Shown here: piece by piece, positions 13,193 through 26,998 of the stretch | Layout: the number at the start of each line of letters is the position of its first letter | How positions within the stretch are numbered: position 1 is the stretch's first letter | Origin: Camelus dromedarius | Lineage: Eukaryota | Length of the DNA: 64,000 bases | Assembly (NCBI RefSeq): GCF_036321535.1 | Contig: NC_087438.1 | Coordinates: 11,286,001 to 11,350,000 of the forward strand | Direction of reading: 5' to 3' | Made by a program: the position numbers and the translations under genes | Notes under the pieces: model-generated | The model's database searches: none | Seen by the model: only the letters and a program-made list of their open reading frames with translations | Told to the model about the DNA's origin: nothing

Positions 13193-14281
13193 ATGTAAAC
13201 CAATGCCTCATCATTGTTTATTGTTTTAATTTATACTTCATCCTATTCTGGAATCTGATTCCTATTTTTATGTGCCACATGACCCACTGAACTAGATTCA
13301 GAACATTCAGCAATAGATCTGGAGCTGTCTCTCCAATTAGAAGCATTAAGATTTTATGTGTGAAGATGAAGGCCATTCTTAGCACCCTGTGGTTATCTTT
13401 AATTCCTCAGGACTTGCACATTGCAAGAATTGTATCCTAGAGGTGTAAATAAGAGTGCGAAATGACTCTGGCATGATTTGTTCAAGTGAGAAAACCATCC
13501 TGTATTGTCACAAAGCCTCCAGCATTTCTAATGCTAAGAATATGCACATCTCATGAAAATGTATTTTGTCAAGCACTGTCTACAGAGGATTAAACTAAAC
13601 TGTAAAACCATGTTTTTGTGTACAGACTTTAGGATTGCTAATGCTCTTTTGTTTATAATTTCTCTCTGGGACATCTCTCTTGAGGCAAATGTTCCCTCAA
13701 CAGAGGAGGTACTGGACAGACAGTGTGATTTTTAGCCAAAGAAATTGCTGCATGCAGGGATTCTTAATAGACTTGTGTTGTACTTCTCTTTCCTTTGTGA
13801 ACCTGACCCCAAACATCTGTATAAATGTGGCAAGTTAAAACAGCCTGCTTAGACCTGGCTTGCCAAGTACAATTCTGTTTTCATCATGTTTATATCAGGA
13901 TTACATGACATTGGCCCCCCTCCCGTGCCTGCTGGCTCCCTTCTTCTCTCTTCCTTGTTCATCTGCTGACCTCCAACCTTAACAGCTCATATCCAATCCT
14001 GCTCCGTCCCTGGTCAGGCCTTGCATCATCACTCCTTCCTCTGCAACTCCTCCTAACATCCTTCTGGTCTATATGTGGATTCGTTTATTCACGTCAGGTG
14101 AAGCTTTACTGTTACCATGATTTTTGCATACATCCTATAAAATTATAGAGGCTCTTATTCAGAAATCAGCTTATCATTTTTATAGTTTATCAGTATAATA
14201 TTTAATAAATATCTTTGGGCTTATTGATGGCTAGATTTGTTTTTTTACTTAATTTGACTCTTCTTTGGATTAAAAAAAATA

Positions 14282-17200
14282 CTTTACTTTGAGAACACTT
14301 TTAGGTTTACAACAAAATTGAAAGGAAGGTACAGAGAAATCCCATATATACCCCCGATCCCTCCAGATTTATGGCTTCCCCCATTATCAGCATCACTCAC
14401 CAAAATGGTACATTTTTTACTAAGGATGAACCTACATTGACACATCATAATCACCCAAAGTCCATAGTTTATTTTAGGATTCACTCTGGGTATGTGCATT
14501 CTGTGTGGGTGGACACATATATAATGACATATATCCATCAGTATAATCTCAGAGTATTTTCACTGCCCTACAAATCCTCTTTGCTCTGTCTGTTCCTCTC
14601 CACCTCCACATCAACACACATACACTCCTGGACACCACTGGTCTTTTTATTGTCTCCATAGTTTTGCTTTTGTTTATTTTGTTTTGGTTTTTGTCCTATA
14701 GTTAAAATCATAGCAGGTAATCTTTTTAGATTGACTTCTTTCACCTAGTCATATGCATTTAAGTTTACTTCATGTCTTTTCATGGCTTGATAGCTCATTT
14801 CTTTTTTAGTGCTGAATAATATTCCATTGTCTGAGTGTATCATGGTTTATTTATGTATTCACTTACTGAAGGACATCTTGGTTGCTTCCAAGTTTTGGCA
14901 ATTACAGATAAATCAGCCAGAAATGTTCAGGTGCAGATTTTTGTGTAGACAATAAGTTTTCAACTTCTTTGGGTAAATAACCAAGGATCACAATTTTGGG
15001 TTATATGGTAAGAGTAGGTTTATTGTGTAGGAAACTGCCAAATTATCTTCCAGAGAGGCTGTACCACTTTGCATTCCCAGCAGCAGGGCATGAGAGTTCC
15101 TGTTGCTTCCTTCTTTGTCAGCATTTGGTGTTGTCAGTTTACTGGATTTTGACCATTCTAGTAGGGGTATAGTGCTAGCTCTTGTTATTTAAATTTGCGT
15201 GTCCTTGATGATATATGATATGGAGCACCTTTTCATGAACTTTTTAACCACCTGTAGATCTTTTTGGTGAGGTGTTTGTTAAGGTCTTTCTTCTTTTTTT
15301 AATTGGATTGTTTATTTTCTTATTACAGAGTTTTAAGAGTTCTTTGTATATTTGGGATGACAGCACTTTGTCAGATGTTCCTTTTGCAAATGTCTTCTCA
15401 TTACCTTGATATTGCATTTTGCAGAGCAGAAGTTTTAAATTTTAACAGAATCCAGCTTATCAATTGTTTCTTTCTTGGATCATGCCTTTTATGTTGTATC
15501 TAAAGTCACTGCCATAAACAAGGTGATGCAGGTTTTCTTCTGTGCTGTCATCTCAGAGGTCTATAGTTTTGTGTTTACATTTAGGTCTATGATCCATTTA
15601 GACTTTATTTTTGTGAAGGATGTAATTTCTGTGTAGATTTTTTTTTCATTAAGATGTCTGGTTGTTCCAGCCCTATTTGTTGAGGAGACAATCTTTGCTG
15701 CATTGTATTACCTTTACTCCTTTGTCAAAGATCAGTTGACTCTATTTACAGGGATCTATTTCTAGGCCATCTATTCTGTTCCATTAATCTATTTGTCTGT
15801 CCTTTCAACAATACCACACTGTCTTGATTACTATAGCTTTAAGTTCAGTCTTGAAGTCAGGTGGCATTATTGTCCCAATTTTGTTCTTCTTCAATATTGT
15901 ATTGGCTGCGCTGGATCTTTTGCCTTTCATATAAACTCTAGAGTCAGTTTGTTGATATCACAAAATAAAACAACTTGCTGGTTTTTTTTTTTTTATTGGA
16001 ATTGCATTGAATCTATAGATCAAGTTGGAGAGAACTGACATCTTGGCAGTATTGAGCCTCTCTATCTGTAAATACAGAATATCTCTCCACTTATTTAGTT
16101 CTCTTTTGATTTCATTTATCAGCATTTTGTAATTTCCCTCACACAGATCATGTCCATTTTTTAGATTGATGCTTAAGTATTTCAATTTGGGGAGATGCTA
16201 ATTTAAATGGCATTGCATTTTTAATGTCAAATTCCACTTGGACATGATTGGTATATATGAATCTTGTATCCTACAACCTTGCTATAGTCACTTATTAATT
16301 CCAGGAGTTTTTTTGTTTATTTTTTCAAACTTTCTACATAGAGGATCACATCATTTGCAAACAAAGACAGTTTTAAATCTTCCTTCCCAATCTGTATATA
16401 CCTTTTTTTTCTTTTTCTTGCATTATTGCATTAGCAAGGACTTCCAATGTGATGTTGAAAATGAGTGGTGAGAGGAAACATCCTTGCTTTATACCTGATC
16501 TTAGTGGGAAAGGTTTAAGTTTCTCACTGTTAAGCATGATAGCTGTAGGTTTTTTTGTGGATAGTCATTATCAAGTTGAGAAAGCTTGCCTCTATTCCTG
16601 AGTTACTGAGAGTTTTTATTATGCATAGGTGTTGGATTTTGTCAGATCCTTTTTCTGCATCTATTAATTTGATTTTTTTTCCCTTTTTAGTCTATGATGG
16701 TTTACATTAATTTATTTTTGAATGCTGAACCAGTCTTGCATACCTGGGATAAATCTCACCTGGTCATGTTGTATACTTCTTTTTAATACACTTTTGGATT
16801 TGACTTGCTAATATTTTGTTGTGTATTTGTTGAGGATTTTGCAACAATATTCATGAGATATAGTGGTCTGTAGTTTTCTTTACTTGTAATGTCTTTGTCT
16901 AGTTTTGCTATTAGGGTAAGTCTGGTTTCACAGAATGAGTCGGAAAGTTTTCCTTCTGCTTCTATCTTTTGAAAGAGATTGTAGAATTGATGTAATTTCT
17001 TCCTAAAATGTATGGTAGAATTCACCAGTGAACTCGTCTGGGCCCAATGCTGTCTTTTTTGGAAGATTATTCGTTTTTAATTTGATTTCTTTAGTAGCTA
17101 TTGGCCTATTTTAATTATCTCTTTCTCCTTGTGTGAGTTTTGACAGATTGTTCCTTCAAAGAAAATTGGTCTATTTCATCTAGTATACCAAATTATGGGC

Positions 17201-17792
17201 ACAGAGTTGTTCATTGTATTCTTTTATTATGCTTTTAATTTCCACAAGATCTGTAGTTGTAGTGATGTCCTCTCCTTCATTTCTAATATTACTAATTTGT
17301 GTCCTCTCTCTCTTTTTTTTCTTTTCTCTTTCTTTTTTTTTTTATTTTACTTTATTTTTATTTTCATTTATTTATTTATTTATTTATTTTTTTGGTAGCC
17401 TGACTAGAAGCTTATTGATCTATTCAAAGAATCAACTTTTGGCTTCACTGATTTTCTGTGTTGATTTCCTCTTTTTAATTTCATTGCTTTCTACTCTAAT
17501 TCTTATTATTTCTTTCCTTCTGCTTACTTTGGATTTAATTTGCTTTTCTTTTTCTAGTTTCGTAAGGTGCAAACTTAGATTTTTGATTTTAGTCCTTTCG
17601 TCTATTCTAATCTATGCATTCAGTGCTATAAATTTCCCTCTAAGCACTGCTGCATTCCACAAATTTTGATAGCTGTGTTTTCATTTTCATTTAGTTCAAA
17701 ATATTTTTAAATTTATCTTGAGAGTTCTTCTTTGACCCATGTGTTCTTAGAAGTATGCCATTTAGTCTCCATGTATTTTGTGATTTTCCAGT
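14282..17792 (-). mobile_element. Old L1 (L1MC1/L1MC2-like), 3' UTR plus decayed ORF2, ~3.5 kb
   Basis: 3' UTR signature ttttaggtttacaacaaaattg...gatgaacctacattgacacatcataatcacccaaagtccatag; ORF2-like translations at 15958-16185 (LNKWRDI...LIYRFNAIPIK) and 16783-17025 (LFQKIEAEG...KENYRP..LMNI). Confidence 0.9.
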
Positions 17793-19873
17793 TAATTTTT
17801 TAACATTTTTTATTGATTTATAATCATTTTACAATGTTGTGTCAAATTCCAGTGTAGAGCACAATTTTTCAGTTATACATGAACATATATATATTCATTG
17901 TCACATTTTTTTCTCTGTGAGCTACCATAAGATCTTGTGTATATTTCCCTGTACTATACAGTATAATCTTGTTTATCTATTCTACAGTTTTGAAATCCCA
18001 TCTATTCCCTTCCCACCCTCCACCCCCTTGGCAACCATACATTTGTATTCTATGTCTATGAGTCTGTTTCTGTTTTGTATTTATGCTTTGTTTGTTTGTT
18101 TTTGTTTATTATTATTTTTTTTTTTTTTTAGATTCCACATATGAGCAATCTCATATGGTATTTTTCTTTCTCTTTCTGGCTTACTTCACTTAGAATGACA
18201 TTCTCCAGGAGCACCCATGTTGCTGCAAATGGCGTTATGTTGTTGGTTTTTCTGGCTGAGTAGTATTCCATTGTATAAATATACCAAATCTTCTTTATCC
18301 AGTCACCTGTTGATGGACATTTAGGCTGTTTCCATGTCTTGGCTACTGTAAATAGTGCTGCTATGAACATTGGGGTGCAGCTGTCTTTTTGAAGTAGGGT
18401 TCCTTCTGGATATATGCCCAGGAGCGGGATTCCTGGGTCATATGGTAAGTCTATTCCTAGTCTTTTGAGGAATCTCCATACTGTTTTCCACAGTAGCTGC
18501 ACCAAACTGCATTCCCACCAGCAGTGAAGGAGGGTTCCCTTTTCTCCACAGCCTCTCCAGCATTTGTCATTTGTGGATTTTTGAATGATGGCCATTCTGA
18601 CTGATGTGATGTGATACCTCATTGTAGTTTTGATTTGCATGTCTCTGATAATTAGTGATATTGAGCATTTTTTCATGTGCCTATTGATCATTTGTATGTC
18701 TTCCTTGGAGAATTGCTTGTTTAGGTCTTCTGCCCATTTTTGGATTGGGTTGTTTGTTTCTTTTTTATTGAGTCGTATGAGCTGCTTATATATTCTGGAG
18801 ATTAAGCCTTTGTTGGTTTCATCTGCAAAAATTTTTTCCCACTCCGTAGGTTGTCTTTTGTTTTACTTATGGTTTCCTCTGCTGTGCAGAAGCTTGTAAG
18901 TTTCATTAGGTCCCATTTGTTTATTCTTGCTTTTATTTCTATTGCTTGAGTAGACTGTTCTAGGAGAAAATTTTTGAGATGTATGTCAGATAATGTTTTG
19001 CCTATATTTTCCTTTAGGAGGTTTATTGTATCTTGTCTTATGTTTAACTCTTTGATCCATTTTGAGTTTATTTTTGTGTATGGTGTAAGGGAGTGTTCTA
19101 GCTTCATTGTTTTACATGCTGCTGTCCAGTTTTCCCAACACCATTTGCTGAAGAGACTGTCTTTATTCCATTGTATATTCTTACCTCCTTTGTCAAAGAT
19201 TAGTTGACCAAAAGTTTGTGGGTTCATTTCTGGGCTCTCTATTCTGTTCCATTGGTCCATATGTCTGTTTTTGTAGCAATACCATGCTGTCTTGATGACT
19301 GTGGCTCTATAGTATTGTCTGAAGTCTGGGAGAGTTATTCCTCCAGCCTCTTTCTTTCTCTTCAGTAATGCTTTGGCAATTCTAGGTCTTTGATGGTTCC
19401 ATATAAATTTTATTATGATTTGTTCTAGTTCTGTGAAATATGTCCTGGGTAATTTGATAGAGATTGCATTAAATCTGTAGATTACCTTGGGCAGTGTGAC
19501 CATTTTAACAAAATTGATTCTTCCAATCCAAGAGCATGGGATATTTTTCCATTTTTTAAAGTCTTCTTTATGTTCCTTCATCAGTGTTTTATAGTTTTCT
19601 GTATAATTCTTTCACCTCCTTGGTTAGATTTATTCCCAGATATTTTTTTACTTTGGTGCTATTTTAAAGGGAATTGTTTCTTTACTCTTTTTCTGCTGAG
19701 TCATTGTTAGTGTAAAGAAATGCAACTGATGTTTGAACGTTAATCTTGTAACCTGCTACCTTGCTGAATTCTTCGATCAGCTCTAGTAGTTTTTGTGTGG
19801 ACCTTTTAGGGTTTTCTATATATAGTAACATGTCGTTGGCATATAGTGACACTTTTACCTCTTCTTTTCCAAT
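17793..19873 (-). mobile_element. Younger lineage-specific (camelid-type) L1, 5'-truncated, ~2.1 kb
   Basis: Poly-T tail, distinctive 3' UTR (gtgtcaaattccagtgtagagcacaatt...gtgagctaccataagatc) and long open ORF2 segments. Confidence 0.95.
18128..19873 (-). pseudogene. L1 ORF2p C-terminal remnant (end of RT domain to cysteine-rich domain), frameshifted
   Basis: ORFs 18802-19581 ([14 protein letters not shown]...[22 protein letters not shown]) and 18128-18691 ([18 protein letters not shown]); manual translation near 19870-19710 gives [22 protein letters not shown]...[10 protein letters not shown]. Confidence 0.95.
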
Positions 19874-20749
19874 GATAATAACATTTAATTAATGTGTTAG
19901 AAGCAGAAAATAATTAGAATATATCCCTGAAATTTTTTGATTTGAGCATAACTTCACCAAAAATATTGCAGATGATTAAGGACTTTTGTTATCTTAAAGA
20001 CTCACAGGGAAAAAAAAATCCAGAGTTTCCTGACATGGATTGATTCTAGTTTAAATAATCTGCCATATAAGGCCCTACACATTTGCCAGGCCTCAGTGAC
20101 AATACCGCTTGGTGTGGAGAGTTGTGTTTGGCAGCGCATTTCTGTTTTCTTTCCAGTTCCTAGGAAAACCTGCTTCTTGTATTCTGTTGTCTTGTAGGTT
20201 TGATGACCACGCTGGTGGTCTAGTTTGATAGTGTATACTTTCAGCCACCCAGCAGGTATGAAAAGTAGAATTCCACTGCAGTTTCATTACGGTTATTCTA
20301 AGGATGCTCATTTAAAGTGATTAAGTGCTGAGCACCTAACCATTCTTGTTTTAAATTCTTTTTGCCTCCATTCCACTGAAAAAGTTACCATGATTTGTTC
20401 GTGAAGTAGATCTTCTGATGCTCAGAGGTATTGCAGACCAGCAGTCAGAACATTTGAATACTAAGAAACTACACTGAAAGTACTTGCTTGGTCTCTTCCA
20501 TATTGTACTGTTTGGATGAGTGAGAGAAGTTGAGTAAAATACAAACAATTGCATAAAAATAGATACAAGACATTGCTCCACAGTACCACTTCTGATGTAC
20601 ACCTGCCAAGGATACATCACCTGAATATAAGTGTGAGAAAACAGACACACCCAAATGGAGGAATGTTATTGAAAATAATTGACCTGGGCTCTAAAATATG
20701 CCAGTGTCATGTAAGTCAAAGTAACCTGGGGAGGTGTCCTAGATTAAAA

Positions 20750-21195
20750 GATCCTTGATAGATTCTGGATTCAAAAATATAATAACAAAAGTTTCCCAGC
20801 TTTACAGGGCATTATTGAGACAATGGAGAGAATTTAAATATAGAGTACATATAAATAAGAGTATTGAATCATTGAATTTTCTGTGTGTGACAATTGTATT
20901 GATGTGATGCAAGATATTTCATAGGAGGTACATGCTGAAGTATTTTAGAGATTCAGAGTGACAAGATCTGCAACTAACTCTCAAGTAATTCAGAAAAAGA
21001 GGATGTGTATGTGTGTGTACACCTATACATACATGCACACATATATACACATTATACTCATTTATTATACATATATGTAAAAGTAAATGAGAGAAAATGT
21101 GTAAATATAACAATTGGTGAATCTTGACATATAGGCATTTGTTGTACTATTCTGCCAATTTTTCCATAAGTTTGACATTTTTCAAAATAAGTTGG
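20750..21195 (+). mobile_element. Old L1 3' UTR (L1MC4/5- or L1ME-like)
   Basis: ggcattattgagacaa, ggaggtacatgctgaagtatttt, tctgcaactaactctcaa, ttgtactattct, gtttgacatttttcaaaataa. Confidence 0.75.
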
Positions 21196-21844
21196 GGATA
21201 AAATAGACAACAAATCTCAAGGGGTCTTTTGTTTGGACATTAGTTAAGGTTCAGATAAACTAAAGTGGAAAATCGTGAAGCTACTAAAATAAATAATCTG
21301 TTCTTATCTTTCATAATATTTGTATATTTTAGTACTTAGAGACAAAGGCAGTTGAAGACTACCTAAATAAATGTCTTCATATATATTTGACCCTTTAAGG
21401 GATGCCTTTAAATAAACAAACAAAATAACAGCCAGGCATCCAGGCATTTTGATAATCACAAGTTTTTGATTTGGAAACATTTCCCAGTTTGAGAGTTATT
21501 GCTTTCAGCTGAAATAATAACGGGCTTTTCCTCTAAGGGAAAGATATGTAATGTTTAAAATAAATATCATCAGTACAGTTCTGCAGTGTTGAGAAAACAT
21601 AAATGACCTTCTTTTTTTTCCCCCTTTAAACATTCAGATCACCCAAACGTCTCATGAATGTGTATTGAGGGAGACAGAATTTCAGTTGACTGAGAAATAA
21701 TTAAAAAAAAAAAACTGGTTACAAGAGGGCTTTGCTATCATTTTAAACATCACCAAAGCCCTTTTTATTTGTGGGCTTCACAGAAGGATGAGCCCAGACT
21801 TTTATTCAAGCAAGTTGGCTTCACTTTCCTACTGAAATCTGAAT

Positions 21845-22041
21845 TTTTTTTCAAAAGGTACTTTTTAAGTTGAAATATAGTTGATTTGCAGTGTTGTGTT
21901 AGTTTCTGGTGTACAGAATAGTGATTCAGTTATACACACATATATATCTATCTATATTCTTTTCATTTCTTTTTCATTATAGTTTATTACAAGTTATTGA
22001 ATGTAGTTCCCTGTGCTGTATAGTAGGACCTTGTTTGTCTA
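21845..22041 (-). mobile_element. Short L1 3' end with degenerate TSD
   Basis: tgaaatatagttgattt...gtgattcagttatacac...gttccctgtgctgtatagtaggacc; flanks tgaaatctgaat (21833) and tgaaatctgcat (22042). Confidence 0.88.
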
Positions 22042-22424
22042 TGAAATCTGCATCTTGACTGTTGAACACAATTTAGAATGGAACTCTAAGCTCAGAGAAT
22101 ACCATTAGTTACTTTCTAGGAATTGACTTGAACCAGTGTTGTCCTGAACCATGGGATTGTCTTTATGGTTCTCTCAAGGCTGGTTTGAAAAAGATGCACA
22201 CATTTCTCCGGGGAACAGTCAAAGGTTTGAAGACATCTTTTTAGTGGGATTTCACACCTTTACTTTTTTTTCTTATGAAAAAGCAAGTTCAGTCTTTGTT
22301 TCCTCAATCAGACATGATAAACTTTTTAGCAAGAAGATTAAATAATTATTCTGTTGTCACTCTAAATTCTTCCTTTTTTTTTTTTTTTTTTGCTTTAACT
22401 GAAAAAATAGCCAGAGCAATAGTG

Positions 22425-22622
22425 AATATCATTATTTGAGTAGCCGTGGTTTTTCTGACATTGTGCTAGACCAATGTCTTACAATTCTGTGATACAAACA
22501 CCACATGAGCCCTGTAGGACACAGGTTATTGTATTCTTATTTTACAAAGAAGGGAAATTTTACAGCTAAGATAGTAGATGGTAGTTGGCCGGATAACAGT
22601 CTTGTTCTTACCACTACAATAT
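22425..22622 (-). mobile_element. MIR remnant
   Basis: cattgtgctag...ccctgtagg...attttacaaagaaggga...gttcttaccactaca. Confidence 0.55.
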
Positions 22623-23507
22623 AGTGTTTCCTGAAGATGAAGGATATTTATTTTCTTTTATTCCATTATCCACTTAGAAATTGTGACAGCGTATAGAAAC
22701 AATCAAATTAATGCAAACCCTTTTAAGGTGGCAATTTTATTTTGTTTTTCTCTACCAGCTGATCAATTAGATCTTTTCTGAGTGTGTTTATCTTTCTAAA
22801 GTCTTAACAAGGATAGACATTTGTTTGTTGATCAAAATCTGTACCTAAAGGAAATATCAGACAATTTGTAGAAAGGATTAATGTGATAGTAGCTTGTCTT
22901 GATTGAGGCCACAGGTCATGGGAGAATTCAGTCGAGTTCTCCAGGAGTCTCATTAGAAAGGAGAACAGCAATGGGAGACGTGTCAAGTGAGACCAACTAT
23001 TACCCATTCACTGACTCAGAAGCGCCCGGCAGGTGAGAAGTTGAGTGCGTATTCAAATTCAGTAGTTACTGAAGCTTGTTTGTTAAACAGACATCATTGG
23101 TTCTGTGCCAGGCATCAGGCTGTGTACTGAGGTCATTCAAGAGTCGGCACAATTGTCTGCAAGTCTACATTTACAATCTCTGTCGAGTTTCTAGGCTTAA
23201 AGTAGGATGTGAGAGATAAACCATAATACCGACACTAAACCTGTCATTTTTTAGCAATATGACTATTAATTAGCATTATCTTCCAAGTGTAGTAAGCAAG
23301 AGCTCATATTATGGATGCCCCAGGACATTTTACTCAAAGACCTCCTTTGGCTCTTTCCTTGAAAACATTCAAGAATCAGGTGGAAGACATTCTGTTAGAA
23401 ACTTCCATGTTTTAAAACTTTAAGGTTTGATTGCATTTTCATTGGATGGCTGAGTAAATGACTTAACTTTTCTCCATACTTAAAATGGTGTTATAAAACC
23501 ACATTGT

Positions 23508-23818
23508 GCACTAATGTACTCATCTACAAAACAGAAACAGACTCGCATAGTAAACAACCTTATGTTCACCTGGGGAAAGAGGATGGGAAGGGATAAATTT
23601 GGGAGTTTGAGATTTGCGAATGTTGGCCACTATATATAAAAATAGATTTAAAAAACATGTTTCTTCTGAATAGCACAGGGAACTATATTGAATATCTTGT
23701 AATAATCTTTAATGAAAAATAATATGGAAGTGAATATATGTATGTATATGCATGACTGGGACGTTGTGCTGTACACTAGAAATTGACACATTGTGACTGA
23801 CTGCACTTCAATTAAAAG
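23508..23818 (+). mobile_element. 5'-truncated L1 3' end with perfect 13-bp TSD
   Basis: catctacaaaacagaaacagactc...gggataaatttgggagtttgagattt...tagcacagggaactatatt...gaaattgacacattgtgactgac; TSD aaaaccacattgt at 23495-23507 and 23819-23831. Confidence 0.93.
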
Positions 23819-24236
23819 AAAACCACATTGTTCCTGATGACGTGATCCATCTCTATGGCGGACCCTTTCAAGCACACGTGTAGGTGGTAAATATTGGGAA
23901 ACCACTTAATAATTTGTTACAAATTCGTAATTTTAAATCGTTAAGTCTGATTTTGCATTTATGCCTAGCTAATTTTTCTCTCTCATTTAATAAGTTCAGC
24001 AGTCATCACTATCTGAAATGTGTTGGTCAACGATTATGTTTTCTAATATGGCCCATTGTTTTGAACATTAAGTCATTAGCTTTGGCACCAGTGGCATCAT
24101 CAGCTATCACCTGTTCTCAGCTGCTTCCTTTCAAACTGGCTTATTGGAAAGAGTATTATGTAATTATAGTATCAGTGCTTATAATAGGTTAATATGAATC
24201 TTGCCAGCTAGACTGACAGTTTCTCCTGCTTCTCTG

Positions 24237-24360
<124 letters not shown>

Positions 24361-26159
24361 CCCCTTGGGAGATAAATGCCAAAATCCTAAAACCAGAATG
24401 AGCTTGCTCTGGAACAAGCTGGATGTTTTCACAGTGCAAATAGTTTGTTAAATAAAGGCATTGATGAGTCAAGTGAGAAATATGTTTGAAAGGAATAATT
24501 TTTACGTATAGTATTTTTTCTTCCTCTGTTAAAGTTTATTCATGGTGCAACTTTCTCTGCAGAAGAATAATATCTGATTTTAATTCTGGAGTATTTTACT
24601 ATTTAAAAAGATCTCATCTTAAATTTCAGATGTATAATTTTGATTTTATGATAGAATATTTATGAGAGTTGTAACCATTGGATAGAAGAGGTTTGTATAA
24701 TGCTCATTCACGCACACCTTTGAAGCTCAATATTTTATTTTATAGGAAGGTTAGTTAAACTTTCATTTCATCTTCTGTTTAAAGATTGTGTTTATTTTGG
24801 ATCTTCAAAGAATTGTTTTTCTGTGTGAAATCTACGCTGTTAAACAGAACAGTCTCTTTCTAAATTCCTTTAGGCATGTGATTTTAAGAGACCTGTGAAT
24901 ATTTAAAGTGATAAAAGAGTTCCAAAGCTATGGAGCTACAGGATCCGTAAATAAGGTCACTCGCAAAATCTACAAATACTTTGCCCAAAATCATAACAAA
25001 CAGATCAAAACATGCAGGGAAAATTAGTCATTTTAGGCCTTACCTTGTTATTTGCATTTCAAGTAAAATTATTTATATTCTCTCTTTTCCCTCTTTTACT
25101 CCCTTCTCCTTTCTTCTCCCTCTGCATTATCTTCGATGCTTCTCTCTCTGTTTACTCCCATGATAATACAAAAATAATGATTCCCCAGTTTACAAAAGAG
25201 AGTGAAGACCTTTTTGGACTCTCAGATCCAGCTGGGCCAATTCTCAGCTCTGTTTTTCAGTCGAACTTTTCAAATATTTTCTTTTTTCCCTTGTCTTTAT
25301 TTCCTCACCTCCCATTTTTAAAATCTTTTTTCTGAGTTGTTAGTATTGTTGTGATATTTTTCCCAGGCATATTTTCAGCCCAGATAAAGATACTTTTAAA
25401 GTAAGATTACATTATACACTATTTTTTTTTTTGCTAGCCAGATCATTTTTGCTATTATAAAAACTGCAAGTATTGCCTAAGAATGTGCATTATTATGCAC
25501 TTAGCATATTTCTTTCTTCTTAAGAAAAATTTTGTTATGAAATATTTTAACACTTGTAATAGCAGGCTTTCAGAGTACAGATGGAGGCCTTCCTACCATT
25601 GGATGAATATTGAACAGATATATGTCATGCTTATAATGTCTGTCCTCCAATCTTGATAGACATTTCTTCATAACAGCCTGGAAGGCCATGTTTGGATTTA
25701 GAATTCTGGGGTTTTTGGTGCCTCATTCATACCCATACCTTATCCTACACCAACAGGAAGCTTGCACATATACACTTAGACTGTCTAGACTCCACCCCCA
25801 ACCCCCACAAATAGTTGCTCTTGGCTATCCATCAAGCTTAGGGGTACACACAGTGATGGCACAGTCTGCTACTGGGTGTGGTCCAGGGACTAGATTGACA
25901 CTGTGCCTAGAACTGGGCCAAGGCCACTTGAGCAGGGCATGCCAGGGTCCTGGATATCTGAGTGTGGGCTAGCACAGGGTGCAGGCATCACGTGGGCACA
26001 TTTCCTTGACTGGCTGACTTCTTGTACATATGCACCAGGATTTCATAGAATTTTTCATAACAGCCTTGTTAAAAAAAAATCTGAAGACAACTCAGTTACG
26101 GGTTAACAGGGCATTGGATAACTTATGTTACATAATGGAATACTACAATGCAGTGAAAA

Positions 26160-26998
26160 TATGTCTGTGTATATTATAAATATTTTATACAATATTATTT
26201 ATGGGTGAATTTATATAACCAACTGATTATTACAGAATGTTTTTACTGATTTTATTGTATTTGTAGCCAACCTATCGTTGCAATTGATGAATGATTGTAG
26301 TATGGCCTGTTGGATCATTTTTTTTGCTTATGTTAACAAGCAATACAAAAAGGAAACAAAATGTGTTTCAGAAATTCACCATTTGTCAGTGACATTAATG
26401 ACTTCTTTATTGAATCAGATAATAACATTTGAATACTAGAATAATGTTTTCTTAATTTTTGTACTATTCACATTGTCATGATTTATAGACATGACATGCT
26501 TTTTTTAGACATGACACACTTTTAAGTTTAATTTTCATTATTAATATTTTTCTATTATGCTCTTAATAATAGGCAATACACAAAACAATAAATCAAAGCC
26601 TGATCTGTAGCATGGAAAATTTTCCTTGGTATAAATACTCCCACAATTGCCAGTTTTGAGCTACTGATATAAAATTGCTGAACACAGAGTTAGGAAAAGG
26701 CATGCTGTGGTCCACATTACATAGTATTTTCATCACACAGATGAAAAGACATAAGTGACCTCGAGAGCATGAGTTTTAGTAAAATACAGTAAAATCATTA
26801 GGAAGTGATGAATTTTGAGTATTTACATCTTTTGTTATTAATAAAATTGATAATTAATAAAATTGTAAGTTTGTGCAATTTACTTTTTAACAATGGTTGT
26901 ATTAGCAAATAGCTTGCAAAACTAAAAAAAAAAAAAACAACCAAAAATTAACAATCAGCTATTGTGAGCCGGTTCAAACCAGCTCCAGTACAGTATTG
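26160..26998. mobile_element. MER63/Blackjack-like hAT element
   Basis: End resembles MER63: attaggaagtgatgaattttgagtattt...ttttaacaatggttgt...acaatcagctattgtgagccggttcaaaccagctccagtaca; AT-rich internal body. Confidence 0.7.

Noticed and set aside
22914..23040. Donor CAG|GTGAGA after TGACTCA with an open frame (MGDVSSETNYYPFTDSEAPG)
   Set aside because: Weak acceptor, unrecognised peptide and no partner exons found
25656..26066. Direct repeat ttcataacagcct at ~25667 and ~26054 as a possible TSD
   Set aside because: The second copy lies within an L1-like fragment (aagaatgttcatagcagc-type sequence), and no tail or element structure is enclosed; likely coincidental
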